Shown: piece after piece, positions 1 to 11,600 of the stretch | Layout: every line of letters starts with the position of its first letter | Position numbering within the stretch: the first letter of the stretch is position 1 | Assembly (NCBI GenBank): GCA_037379345.1 | Contig: CM074513.1 | Coordinates: 26,412,001 to 26,476,000, forward strand | Direction of reading: 5' to 3' | Origin: Perna viridis | Lineage: Eukaryota | DNA: 64,000 nt | Notes under the pieces: generated by a model | Databases searched by the model: none | What the model saw: the letters and a program-made list of their open reading frames with translations, nothing else | What the model was told of the DNA's origin: nothing | Made by a program: the position numbers and the translations under genes

Positions 1-475
1 TAACTGACTTGATAATGAGTACAATAAAACATTTCTATTAAAATGACATTACAGTAAAAATCGTGCAATTACTACTAAAATTACTCATAGCAATTGCACA
101 TATAAGTTTATAGATTTTAAAACCATTTCTTATAAGTTTATTCAAGGGAGCGAGGAATCGATTTGTAATGAAAAAAATAACATAATTCAAGAATAACAAA
201 GATAACAGCAAGAAGGGGAAAGTAGACACACACAATAAAGAACATGAAATTAAAAAAAAACATGCTCATAGATTCAAAAATAAATGAGCTCCCAGACTCG
301 ACTAAAAACTGTGAGCATTAGAAAGCACTGGTATTCTAAGGCAATCAAACACTGCAAAGATTATCAAGGAATCTTTGAAAAAGAAAAAGGATGATAAAGG
401 TATCAATCAAGAAACAATGAAAAGCATTCAGTGTGAATTGAAGACATTAATATCCATTTTAAAGATCAATCCTAC

Positions 476-3400
476 CTCCAGTCATACGGGCAACGTGAGA
501 TGACATCGATTTCTTCTTCAGTTCAATACTGTCGGGTCTGGAGCGGCCAACCCATCCTTCCATTGTTTTTTCTGAGACATTTCAAACAAAGGTTATGACA
601 TATCATGATATAATGTGATCCAAACTATGTAAAAGACGTTAAAACATTAATGGAGTTTTCATTCATTTATTTTTCAACATTATTTAAGTGTTTGGTGTTA
701 TTTTAACGGCAAACGTTTTGAAAGGGGTGAAATACTGTAACCTAAGCCAGTACTTCCAAAACGTCTATAGTTGCAACTATGATTTTCTTATTGATATGAC
801 GTGAAATTCCATTCTGTAACATAGAAACAAATAATTTCCATTTGTCTAGCCATAGTCGTCTATTTGTATGGCACGAAATGGGCAATTTATTAGGTTATGA
901 ATACCAAAATATTGACTGAGCCAGCGTCACTCCTTTAACTTCTAGTTTTCATATCATTTCGTTTCTTACGTTCCTAAAAGTTCCTAAGCGTTCGACCTCA
1001 TAAATAATGTAACAGACAACAAACATATAAATCAAACTAAGAGGTACCTATTTTTATTATTGGAATTCTCTCATATGTTAAACCTTTTTATCCTAAATGC
1101 TATTTTAAATATGACTTGTGTTGTATATCATTTATCAAAATTTATACCTTTTTCTGATGAAATTAAATTAAGATCATGAATCCATTTCTGTGTAATCTGC
1201 AATGATAATCGAAGTATATTTCGAGATGAGCTTTAAAATTTTTATTGAAATTCAGTGAAAGATTTATTAAGAGTAATTTCATGAGATAAATGCAGATTCT
1301 GTTGACTATCTGGAAAAAACCTATACAGTACTTTATACGCGTAAAACACTTCTATTAATTTTGAATGGACTGTACAGTAACGGTAGTGTACCTTAATTTG
1401 AAATATTCAAACTTTTCTCATAACAAGTTTTATGACAACTGTAAATCATCATATTATGTATTGACAAAGATTATGACAAATTATACCTTGCAGGGACATC
1501 ATCTGAACTATAATTACACAAATGACAGATAACTTGAAGATGTCATGAATTGTTTAATTTTAATTTCACATATTCATTGTCTAAGTGACTTTAAACTGAA
1601 TAAAGAAAATGTCTTACCACATAACTACCACCGGTTTCTTTTTCTACAGCAACATTCTGTCGGTGTTCGTCGTCAGCAGGGTTTTCTGTACCTACATAAA
1701 CATGACGGGCATAATTTATGATGTGACAGTAGTAAAACTTTATTTGCTACAAAAATGAAATTTATGTCAAAAAAAACACTAAAAATAAATATAAATAAAT
1801 ATTTCGTTCGGCAACGTTCGTACCCACTTGTTCACATTTTGCAATCACAAATGCAAGATTTCAGACTATCAGACGACCTTTACCACGAAAGTGATTCGTC
1901 AATATCATCTGCAGAATTCTTGCCCAACAACACAATACCTTTTTTGCACAACTTAAGAAGTGAAAATACCGATATTTTAAACAAGTTGAAAACAAAGCCG
2001 GAAACAGCAAAAAGAAGACATAGGACAAGTCACGAAAACAAGGAAGCTTAAAAGGTACACAGAAAAATGAGCTGTACGAACCCCACTAAAATTTAGTGTG
2101 AATTGGATGCTCCGAAAGGATTAGCAGTTCCTGCTTTTTTTCCAAGACATTTGCTATGATGCTTATTGAAGGTATGTATTGTGATGGAGCATTATACAGT
2201 AATTACCATCTATAAAGCCAGATAAATCCCTCCCATTCTTGTACACAAAACTGTATATGTCATCTGCTTTATCAACACTGCCTGTAGGTAAACTGTTCAA
2301 AAACAACTGGCAAAGCTCGAACAACTTGCTAGGGTTGTTTGACTTGGCATGAACGAAAACATCACCACCTACAGAGAAAAAAGGTTGTAATTTGCAAGAA
2401 TCTGTGGCAGAAAAGTCAATGCAATGAATTAAAAGTAGGAATGTACATTTCAGTGCATTTTTCTTTCATGTAAACAGGTCTGTTTTCTTTTCCTGCGATT
2501 TAACATTTTCGCGAAACACATTTTGAACACATTCTTAATTATACCATTGTCTTAGTCCAATCAGTAAATTAATTCTCAAATTATTCAGTTAAAACATCAT
2601 TTTTCTTTTAGTGGAAAAAATATTTCATTTTTATTTCAGAAATATTGAATTATTCATCACACACTACTCCAATAAAATCGGCATGTAAAGCTACCAAGTA
2701 ATATACTTCATGTGACAACTTGTCTGAAGTATTTCAGTGGTCATACGTCGAACAGATTCATGTTTGAAATTTGCTTCTTTTTTGTCATAATAAAAATATG
2801 ACTCAAAAATGTATTAATGAACTTAATGGTATATAATGGTACCTACCAGAGCTGGGCATGTCTCCCAGTGCACCTTTTCTGTAAGCATACGTATAGTTTT
2901 GTTTTGGAACACCTCCAAGCTAAAAAAGTAGAACTAACTGTTAAATATAGAGGTTAGACATTTGTTGAATAGTTGGACATGTTGAATTTGAATGTTTTAT
3001 TCAGTAAATGACAATTTTGGAGTGGTGTAAATTACTCTTTACTTGAAAGAGTAATCAAGGGAACCAAGGTTAGGGCGATAATCAAAAGAATGTAATCCAG
3101 GGACAAAGACCAGACATGGAAAACAGACATACACAACAAAGAACATAAACCATGTGTTCATTTATCTGGCAGATTAACAGTGTTTTTTAAGTTCAAAATC
3201 AGTTGCAATAATGGCAATCTTCCTATTCAAAGTGCAACATCTTCATGAACATGGTATATTTGTTATATTTCAATCCTAAATATATTTTAGAATTTCAAGT
3301 TACATTCTAAGCTTTGTATGAAATGTACATCCATACCTGTCTATATGTGGTTGGTCCAAAACCAACACCAGCCCAAATTTCGTCAGATTCGTCCCTCATC

Positions 3401-4783
3401 TTTGGATCAGAAACCTGATCGACCATTGACTGGAGTTTGGCACAAACTCTTCCTACTTCTTTAACGTTTGCAGTTGGTTTTAAGTTGATCCATAGGTACA
3501 TGGCATGGTCTTTCCCTTGTGAGAAAACCTATTGTAATGGAAGTGGTTAATAAAATGTTAGAAAACACATTGATAATTTTTTTTTTTCTGGAAGATTATA
3601 ACGTTTTCACCAGTTTAGTCAAGACTGGAGGGCTAATTTCATTTCTGTTGTTGTAAGGTATCTTTGTATTACTTTAAGTAACTCATGCGTGGCTTTTACC
3701 TTGTTCATTTTATTTTGGTTGAAATTGATTACTATTATTCCTGTTAGCGTTGGAAAATTGTATTTAGATTCAGTCATGGCACCAATTTTACCCTGACAGA
3801 AACACTTACAGACGGTTGGCTAGCTGGAGGTCCGGCGGCATGTACAGGTTTTGGTGTTATCACTTCAACAGCCTCAGATAGTGTAGTTTTGACGTTGTTC
3901 TTGTATAACCAACTCAGGCCAGCCCCTACAGCAACGCTCCCGACTAGTATTGGCCTTCCATAAAGAAGGACTTTAGACCTTCCGGTAGAAATACCACGAG
4001 TGCTACCTAAAAGAAGACAAAAGTTGTATTTGTATGATAGATCAGTGTATACTGGGGAAAACGATGAAGTTGTATCAAGAAACATTTCAGAAGGATTAAT
4101 AGTATTGAAGACAGAAAAATTATCAGAAAGTCTTTCATCAAGTTACCAAAGTATTTCCTATTTAATACATCATATCGTTTAATCTTATTTAAGCAAAGTG
4201 GTATACATGTAAATCATACTTGTTTACATATTATATGATGACACTTGTCATAATTATCTACAATTCAAGATAGATATTGATATGTTTTCTTGAAATAGAC
4301 AAAATTGTCAAGGTATAACTATTTAATGTAGTAAGTAGATAAAAGTAATTAGATTGTGTACTCTTAGGTAGTGTAACGCAAACGTCTAGTTCGGTCATAA
4401 ATGAGAACATATCCCGGATATAAATTTCTGCTTACTCACAAATTTATCCCGACTATGTTGACATTGCAATAAATTTTGTGAGATCGGATATTGAAATGAA
4501 AAAAAAACATCCACATGCATGAACTTCAGTTAAATATATGTCGTAATGAATTCTTAAGGTTCAAATGTCAATACAAATATTGTTTGTAGTAGAATGTTCG
4601 CTCAGGTAGATAGTTGTAAGTTAAAGTGCGTGTCTATATAGTTTAAAAAGTACTTCATGCATAATAAATGTGTCAACATACACTATTGTATTAATTAATC
4701 GATAACACGTTTAATTACTTACTTGTAAATGTTGAGTGAAGTTTCCCGAGCTGTCTAACGCTACCCCTGAGAGCTGCCATCAT
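476..4783 (-). CDS. DyP-type (dye-decolorizing, YfeX-like) heme peroxidase, spliced, 3' end beyond the left edge
   Basis: Exons in transcript order: 4723-4783, 3810-4006, 3337-3528, 2847-2919, 2207-2368, 1618-1691, 1148-1196, 476-571. All introns are GT-AG and phase-compatible, giving about 301 aa. Motifs: AGVGFG, MPSSGGDVFVHAKS, GRDLSGFIDGTENP (GXXDG distal Asp), GGSYVITQKWIHDL, WVGR, SSHVAR (proximal His). The distal-Arg exon must lie outside the window. Confidence 0.93.
3045..3150 (+). mobile_element. Interspersed repeat family A, short copy in a DyP intron
   Basis: AAGAGTAATCAAGGGAACCAAG...ACAACAAAGAACATAAA is shared with copies at 18966, 42403, 49315 and 53182. Strand labels for this family are relative only. 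Confidence 0.8.
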
Positions 4784-4824
4784 TCTTAGTAAGAGATAGG
4801 TTGTAAACTACTTTTGGTTCAGCG

Positions 4825-4837
4825 AAGGTCATGTGAC
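4825..4837. promoter_or_regulatory. Proximal element of the DyP gene: GTCATGTGAC (M-box/CLEAR-like E-box) overlapping an AAGGTCA nuclear-receptor half site
   Basis: Near-palindrome at 4828-4837, about 45 bp upstream of the ATG at 4783. Motif match only. Confidence 0.35.
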
Positions 4838-5149
4838 TTGATATGTCTGACATTGACATTGGCCTATTTTTCTTGCATAATTTTTACTAAAATAAAAAGG
4901 TATTTAAAGCATTATATAGTCGTCATATGCCCCATCTGTAGGCGTTGGCAATTTTTCTAAATTATTGTTGTCTGTACGATTGTATCACAATTGTCGTCTG
5001 CTAAATCAACACAATACAAGTTGAATAATATTATGAGAGTATTTAAGAATTTTTCGCGGTAAACTTCGTTCCATTATACTTTAAAAAGTAATCAACCAAA
5101 ACTAACCTTAGATCCCCCAAGTAATAAATAAATAAAAACTGAGATATCC

Positions 5150-5410
5150 GAGTTCAATAACGGCAAAACAATAAGGGGACAATTCAGACGCATCAAATCC
5201 AAGTAAATGACCAGAACGTAAAAACGGAAAACAAAGACGATCTACATACACAATGTAGCGAACCGAATAAAATACAATACATATATAAAAAAAAAACTGA
5301 AACGTAACACAAAAAAATAAGCGCTACCATTGTGAACTCGCACAAACAACGGAGAATGACACCAGGTGCTCCAAAAGGGTAAGCATGTCCTGCTCTTTTA
5401 CATTGCAAGT
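5150..5410 (+). mobile_element. Degraded repeat related to family A
   Basis: Core CCAGGTGCTCCAAAAGGGTAAGCATGTCCTGCT resembles the internal part of family A and a fragment at about 2060-2135. Confidence 0.45.
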
Positions 5411-6489
5411 GAATAAGTGAATAAAATATGTTATTAACCTTCTACCCCAAATACTTTTAAATATGTCAAAAACTGACCAATTGATTTGAATTAAAGTCGG
5501 GCATCTATACGGGGCCAATATGAAAAAAAGAGGGCCAATACGGCATTTCCGGTCGTTTGACACCACCATTTTGAGTTAAATTTGTTTTTTATGAACTTTG
5601 ATTATCAGATCTAAAAGCTGCAGAAACACACAAAAAAATCTTCCATTTTATACAAAAAGGATCTTTAAGACTGATTAAGGCAAATAAACCTATATGTTCT
5701 TGGTAAAACACGAAAGCGACTGTTCTACAAATCATCTAGTTGAGTTGGTTAAAAAAATTATCAATAAATATGTAATTTCATATTTATTAAGATATAGTAA
5801 CAGTCGGCAACTATAATGAAACTCCCGACACGAGTCACAAAGGCGTCCCATCAAGAACAACGGAGCGAATAATAATTCGCACTTGGGCAATACCATTTAA
5901 TTCAGCAGAGTATCATGATGTTAACAAAAAAGAAAAACGGAAATTGTGGAAAATCATCATCCTCTGAAATAATTAAGATGATCAAAAATCACTATAGAAC
6001 ATAGGACAATACCAATTATATTTATATGAACGCTAGAACATTTGATCTTGAACTTGTTATATGAAAAACTGACACCGTGTCAAGAATGTACTTGAAGTTT
6101 TCAAAGGAAATGAAATGTATCTCTATGTTATTTCGATGCCCTAAAATGATGGTAGTATGACAAAATTTATTTTTTTAATCCTATGAACTCCTTTCATTGA
6201 CTTGCTCTGTTACAGTATGTCAAAAGGAGCTACACCACTGCAGTTCGTAAGTGTCAATTAAATTTGTCAAGTTAATCTGGTTATATGTGGGCTATAAATG
6301 AAGATACCTTGTCTCACTTGTGAAGCAGAAACTTCTTATCGGTCAATCAAATTGTGATGACATACATATTAACAAAGGCTGGACGTATCTATGGTTATGA
6401 AGCTTACCTGAGAGTACCCGTGCGCTTTTGACTACTGCCTAGATTTTGTCAGTTTGGCAATCTTGTTATTACCCTTCAAAAGTAAGGCT

Positions 6490-7440
6490 GAAATACAGAC
6501 AACGAGACAGAAAATAAACGCAGAATTTTAGTAATGCAAGAACGAAAAAGGACTGTAAATTCATGGAACAACATGGGCTGTTCAGTGACACCAATTCTTG
6601 AATGACGCAAAAGGCAATCTGATGAAACGTGAAGGAGACGAACTAGGTAACGCCGCAACATATACACGGGAGAGAGAGGAGGTAGTCACGGACAAAGCTC
6701 ATGAATGTTAAGTTAAGCATAAATCATCCAAGGAGTCAACAGCAAAGAGAGACTGTCCAACACCACGAAACAAGTGGCCAACAGCATCTTCTAAGGAGAA
6801 ATGTTACATTCAGCATTGGCAGGTGTATATGTACACTGAAATACAAAATGTATAGCGTATTTTATACAAAGGCAGCAGAAATAATTCATTTATTTTTTTT
6901 TTAAATCTTGAAGATAAATCATTGTCAAAAAGAAGTTGAGAAATATTTGAGTGATGTATACGATGATCAAGGCAAGGACAATGAGACCAACACAGACTGA
7001 TCAAGACATAAATAAGGAGACTACAAATTACAAGAATTAACTTCAACTTTTAACAATCGGGAGCAGCATCAACACAAGGACCAAACAGTGTCCATACAAA
7101 GTTTATAAGTTCTTAAACATTCCGAAACGGCTTTGGAGAATTGTCAAAGTTGTATGGACAAATCGGTTTTTATTATTTCAGAGGAAGATGGTTCAAAAGA
7201 GTTGAACACTATATCACTTTCCAAAGTTGATGGAAAAATTTGAAGAGGGTTATAACATATCTACTGTATAACGACTATCATTACACATTAGTGCAGATAA
7301 TTGGACTAACAGCGTGCCTAAAACTACTAAGTGTCTTAACAAATTTTAAAAAAGTCGAACACAACAAAGGCGATCTGACTGTCCCATGATTAGATTTGCC
7401 AAACGCTAACGTAAGCATTCACAACATGATTGTAGTATTG
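6490..7440 (+). mobile_element. Highly decayed non-LTR retrotransposon (R2/Hero-like) ORF remnant
   Basis: Frameshifted remnants in the expected order: CKNEKGL*IH..MGC (N-terminal zinc finger, about 6535), GPNSV.YKVYK...LWRIVKVVW (about 7080-7160), and KGDLTVxxLDLxNA..SIH (RT motif A region, about 7370-7425). Confidence 0.55.
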
Positions 7441-8627
7441 CTAGAAACAGGAACTGCTCATCCTCCAAAACCTTGGATAAAATGGGATATATAATGTTCG
7501 TTTTTCTATAAGTACCTAAGTTCGTTCATATTGTACAATTGGTCCTATTGTATTCCGTTTGGTATTCCCGACGTTATTTGGTTTTTGGATTTCCTCTTAT
7601 TTGCACCATCTCTATTGTCCATATCGGATATTTATGTATAGATCAATTCACTTTTGTGACTTTTGGTAATTATTACATGTGCAATAAATACTTTATTTTG
7701 TATTTATTACAGGCAAAATACTATCCTAAAAAGTTTTTCATTATAATCAACTCAAATACTTTTACAAATTATTTACAGAACTAAAGCTGTTAACAGTCTG
7801 TTTATTCAGACAAAGTCATCAAAAAGATTCTCATTTTCTCAGCTGGTACTTTAAAGGACATTTTCATACTCATAGGAGTTTTCTTCTGAATCATATGGGG
7901 GATAAAATGTCGAAAAATCATATAGAATTTGTTCTTTTTTTTATTGTATTACTATACAATATTTTTGGACTATCCGAAATTTGGAAACAACAAACTTTAT
8001 CCCCTGAATGGCAACATTCTACTTTTTCCTAATAGCATTACACAAGACAGTGCAGGCAAAGTACTAGTTATTGGTAAGACAGTGCAGGCAGAGTGTTGGT
8101 AATTACAAATGTAGGATCAGCTCATGGCATCATAGTTACATGAACCAAAAGTGGCAATAAAAACACAAACCACCAAACATATAACTAGAGGTGCAGACAA
8201 TGAGGCATTGACAGTCAGGAGAACACATTTCATAAGTATTTAAATCTTTATTATTACATAAATATTGTATAAATATAACAAATCTAACAATGTATTATCA
8301 CAGTGAATCAATGAAGATGTTTTTTTTTCTATTTTAGGATACCAATGAGTATCAACAAAATATACAGATCGAAAAATTTATCTGCAGTGTTAACAGTTGA
8401 TACAGATAGAGAATCCCAAAATATTCCAAATGAAAATTTAATCACTCTAAACTCAAAATTTAATGTCATGATTTGACTTTGTTAGCCTACAGTCATATAC
8501 TTGAAAGGTGCTTATGTTCATATTTCCACAAAAAAACACAAGCTAGATAGAGTTTACATAATATACCAAGTATATACCAAAGACTTCAGTTTTTAAACAA
8601 ATATATGTCCAAGATTTTTTTTTTGTT

Positions 8628-11600
8628 CTATGAGGCTGATGCCTGGAAGTTGAATCCTCCTCCAACATACTGAGATGCATCAACTCGTGATGGATTTAAT
8701 CCAGCATGACCTGCCTGCATTAATGCCTGTTCTCTTTCTCTGAAGAGCAAAAAAGAATTCAATAAGATAATTAGTAATATTTAATCTTAAAGTAATATTT
8801 TACTGGTAATTCTTCATTATCTTTATTGATGTTGTTAACAGTAGGTAATGCATTTTTATATTCTACAGTTAAATTTCAATAGAGTCTAAAACAAAACATC
8901 CTAATATGATACATCTGATGCAGGCATGTTGCAATAGCATGTTAGATAACATGCTGCATAAATACATCAGAGCGGTAAATCCTTCAAACAAGTTTACAGC
9001 ATAGAAAAGTTTGCAATATATATGATTGGTATTTTCTGTATTAGTCAGATCTATGATGTACATATGTATACACTGCTTAAATCCATACACTACTCGTACA
9101 AATAAGTTTAACATGCAGGACATACATGTCACATCTATACACAATATGCCTATCTAAGCTTCCAAAGCAGCACATATATATAACTGATCCACATGCTACA
9201 CATAAAATGGAAGATTCACACATGCTGCACATATACCAAATTGCACAAAAATGGCATATTATACATGCTGCACATACAATCTAAATCCACTCACTGTAGG
9301 TGCATATCAGATTCACATGTGCATCTACATGTCAAATTTACATTGAAGTACACAATTCTTTTAAAAAGAAATCTAAAAATCTAAAATGAATGTACCCAGA
9401 ACTTATGATATGAAAGTTTGCTTGATGATTATTACACAATGTACACTTTTGACATATTGCACTGACTAAATTATCACATTCAAAGCATAAGTTCTATATG
9501 ATACAATAACATACAGTTCCTATACTTCCAAAACTGATAAAGTTTAACAATTCAAGAGGTGTACTTTCTTTACATCCAGGCACCTAAACACTTACTTTGC
9601 TCTCTGTTCTTTTTTCTTCTGTAAAATGTATTTTTTCTTCACTTCATTTAATTCTCTATCAATTCTTTCTATTTCATATTTATATTCAGTGACTTGGGAC
9701 TCATACATCTGCAGTTCCTGACCCATGGCCTGGAAAACAGATGAATCATTTATCAAAACTGACATCACATTAGATTAAGCAAGATAGTTAATTATTCAAT
9801 GAACTGATACTTGAAATGATTATGATTTCATTTTATTTTATGTTTAAAACAATTCTTTTTTTGAAAATAAATTGTAGCTTCAACTATATGCATATGGATC
9901 TGTCATTAAACCTACTTACTACTGCCAGTATAGTTTCACAACCTTTTTTTTAGTTTGAAATGATTTTACTCAAAAATGCTGTATACATTTTGAGAGCTTA
10001 GCACCTTTGGCCTTTTATCCATATCTTAAAAGTTTATATAATAAATACTCAATAGATTCCAGTGTCATGAAACCAATCTAACTGAACTGACCCGTATCTG
10101 TTTATTTTTCTCCTTCAGCGTTGATGTATAAACCTGTAACTGTTCTGCCACTTCAGGACCAGGCTGTCTAGCAAGCACATGGTTCAATTCAATGTAAAGT
10201 TTTTCTTTCTCCTGTATTAACATTTCTTTTTCTTCCACTTCTTCATTTTTACCAATCAATCGTTTTTGTAAAGCATGGATTTTCTGTATATGTTCATATG
10301 TGCTTGGGTCACTTCCCTAGATTATAAAATTAATATTTATTAGATTTTAATGCCAGAATTTTTACTGTTTTAGAGTAAAAGCATAGTAGAGTATACCAGA
10401 ATATTCTTATTTAAGTTTATCCCTCCCCTTTTGAAGTATTTATAAAATCTCAAACTAAATTTATAATGCTTTCTTGCATTTTCGTTTTGCAATACAGTAT
10501 GTTTCCTTAATTAGTTTTGAATCAAGAAAAGCCTCAATGTAAATGTTCCACGTGGAGAGTTACAACTAATGTGATAAGAGCCCAGTTGCAATTTTTAAAG
10601 CAACTGAATTACAGTTTTCATAATAAGCTGCCAGTGTGACTGAATTATGAAAGCATTATTTGAACCCATGCATCTATCTTTTTACTACATTACCTCAAGT
10701 TTTCTCCATCTATGAATATTCATGGGATTTTCTAACTCCTCCTCAAGAGCAGTACATCTGGTTCTTTCTTTAAGTAATTCTCTTTGAATGTTATAAGTTT
10801 CCATTCTGAAATAAATATATCATGTTTAATGATTTGCAAGAATATCTATTTACTGAGAACTATAAAGATAAAATTAATTTATTAAACCTCAAAATTTCCA
10901 TTATTTTCATGTTATTAGTTAAGTAAATTACATAACACTACTTTCCAAATAATATTTAGCTATCTGAACAATGGATTTAAACATCTTGGTCTACAGTCTT
11001 CAATTCTGAATAGGTAATGAAAACAATTCACAGGAATAACTGTAACAGAAGACATAAGATTTTTTCTAAGAATTGAATGGAGTTATTAGATTTGAATGCT
11101 CTTTTCTCTTTTTCCATTTAAATCTTCACCCTATACCTGAGCTCATCAATATTGGCTACTTTTTTCTCTAGCACAGCTTTTTGTCCCCTAAGTTTACGAA
11201 ACTGAGATTTCAGTAGCCCAATATCCCCCCGTCCTCATGTTGTATTGAGTTTCTCCTTTATTTAAATCTTCACCCTTTACCTGAGCTCATCAATATTGAC
11301 TACTTTTTTCTCTAGCACAGCTTTTTGTCCCCATACTTTACAAATCTGAGATTTCAGTAGCCCAATATCCCCTGTCCTCATGTTGTATTGAGTTTCTCCT
11401 TCATTTAAATCTTCACCCTTTACCTGAGCTCATCAATATTGGCTACTTTTTTCTCCAGGACAGCTTTTTGTCCCCTAAGTTTACGAATCTCCGATTTCAG
11501 TAGTCCTATATCCCCGGTCCTCATATTGTATTGAGTTTCTCCTTTATTTAACATGGATCTTTGGATCTTTATCTTCTCATAAAGTTGCCTTAGCTCATCC

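Noticed and set aside
1755-2051. 98-aa plus-strand ORF and the many other 60-160 aa ORFs in the track
   Set aside because: No recognisable motifs; they are antisense shadows of exons, repeat-derived, or chance ORFs in AT-rich DNA.
476-4783. DyP as bacterial contamination
   Set aside because: It is split by canonical spliceosomal introns containing host repeats.
6615-6650. CTGATGA as a hammerhead ribozyme core
   Set aside because: Followed by GAAC rather than GAAA, no convincing stems, and lies within a decayed retroelement ORF.
8900-9340. Recurring CATGCTGCACATA-like words in the last intron of minus-strand CFAP58
   Set aside because: Looks like a decayed minisatellite; I could not define a period or function.
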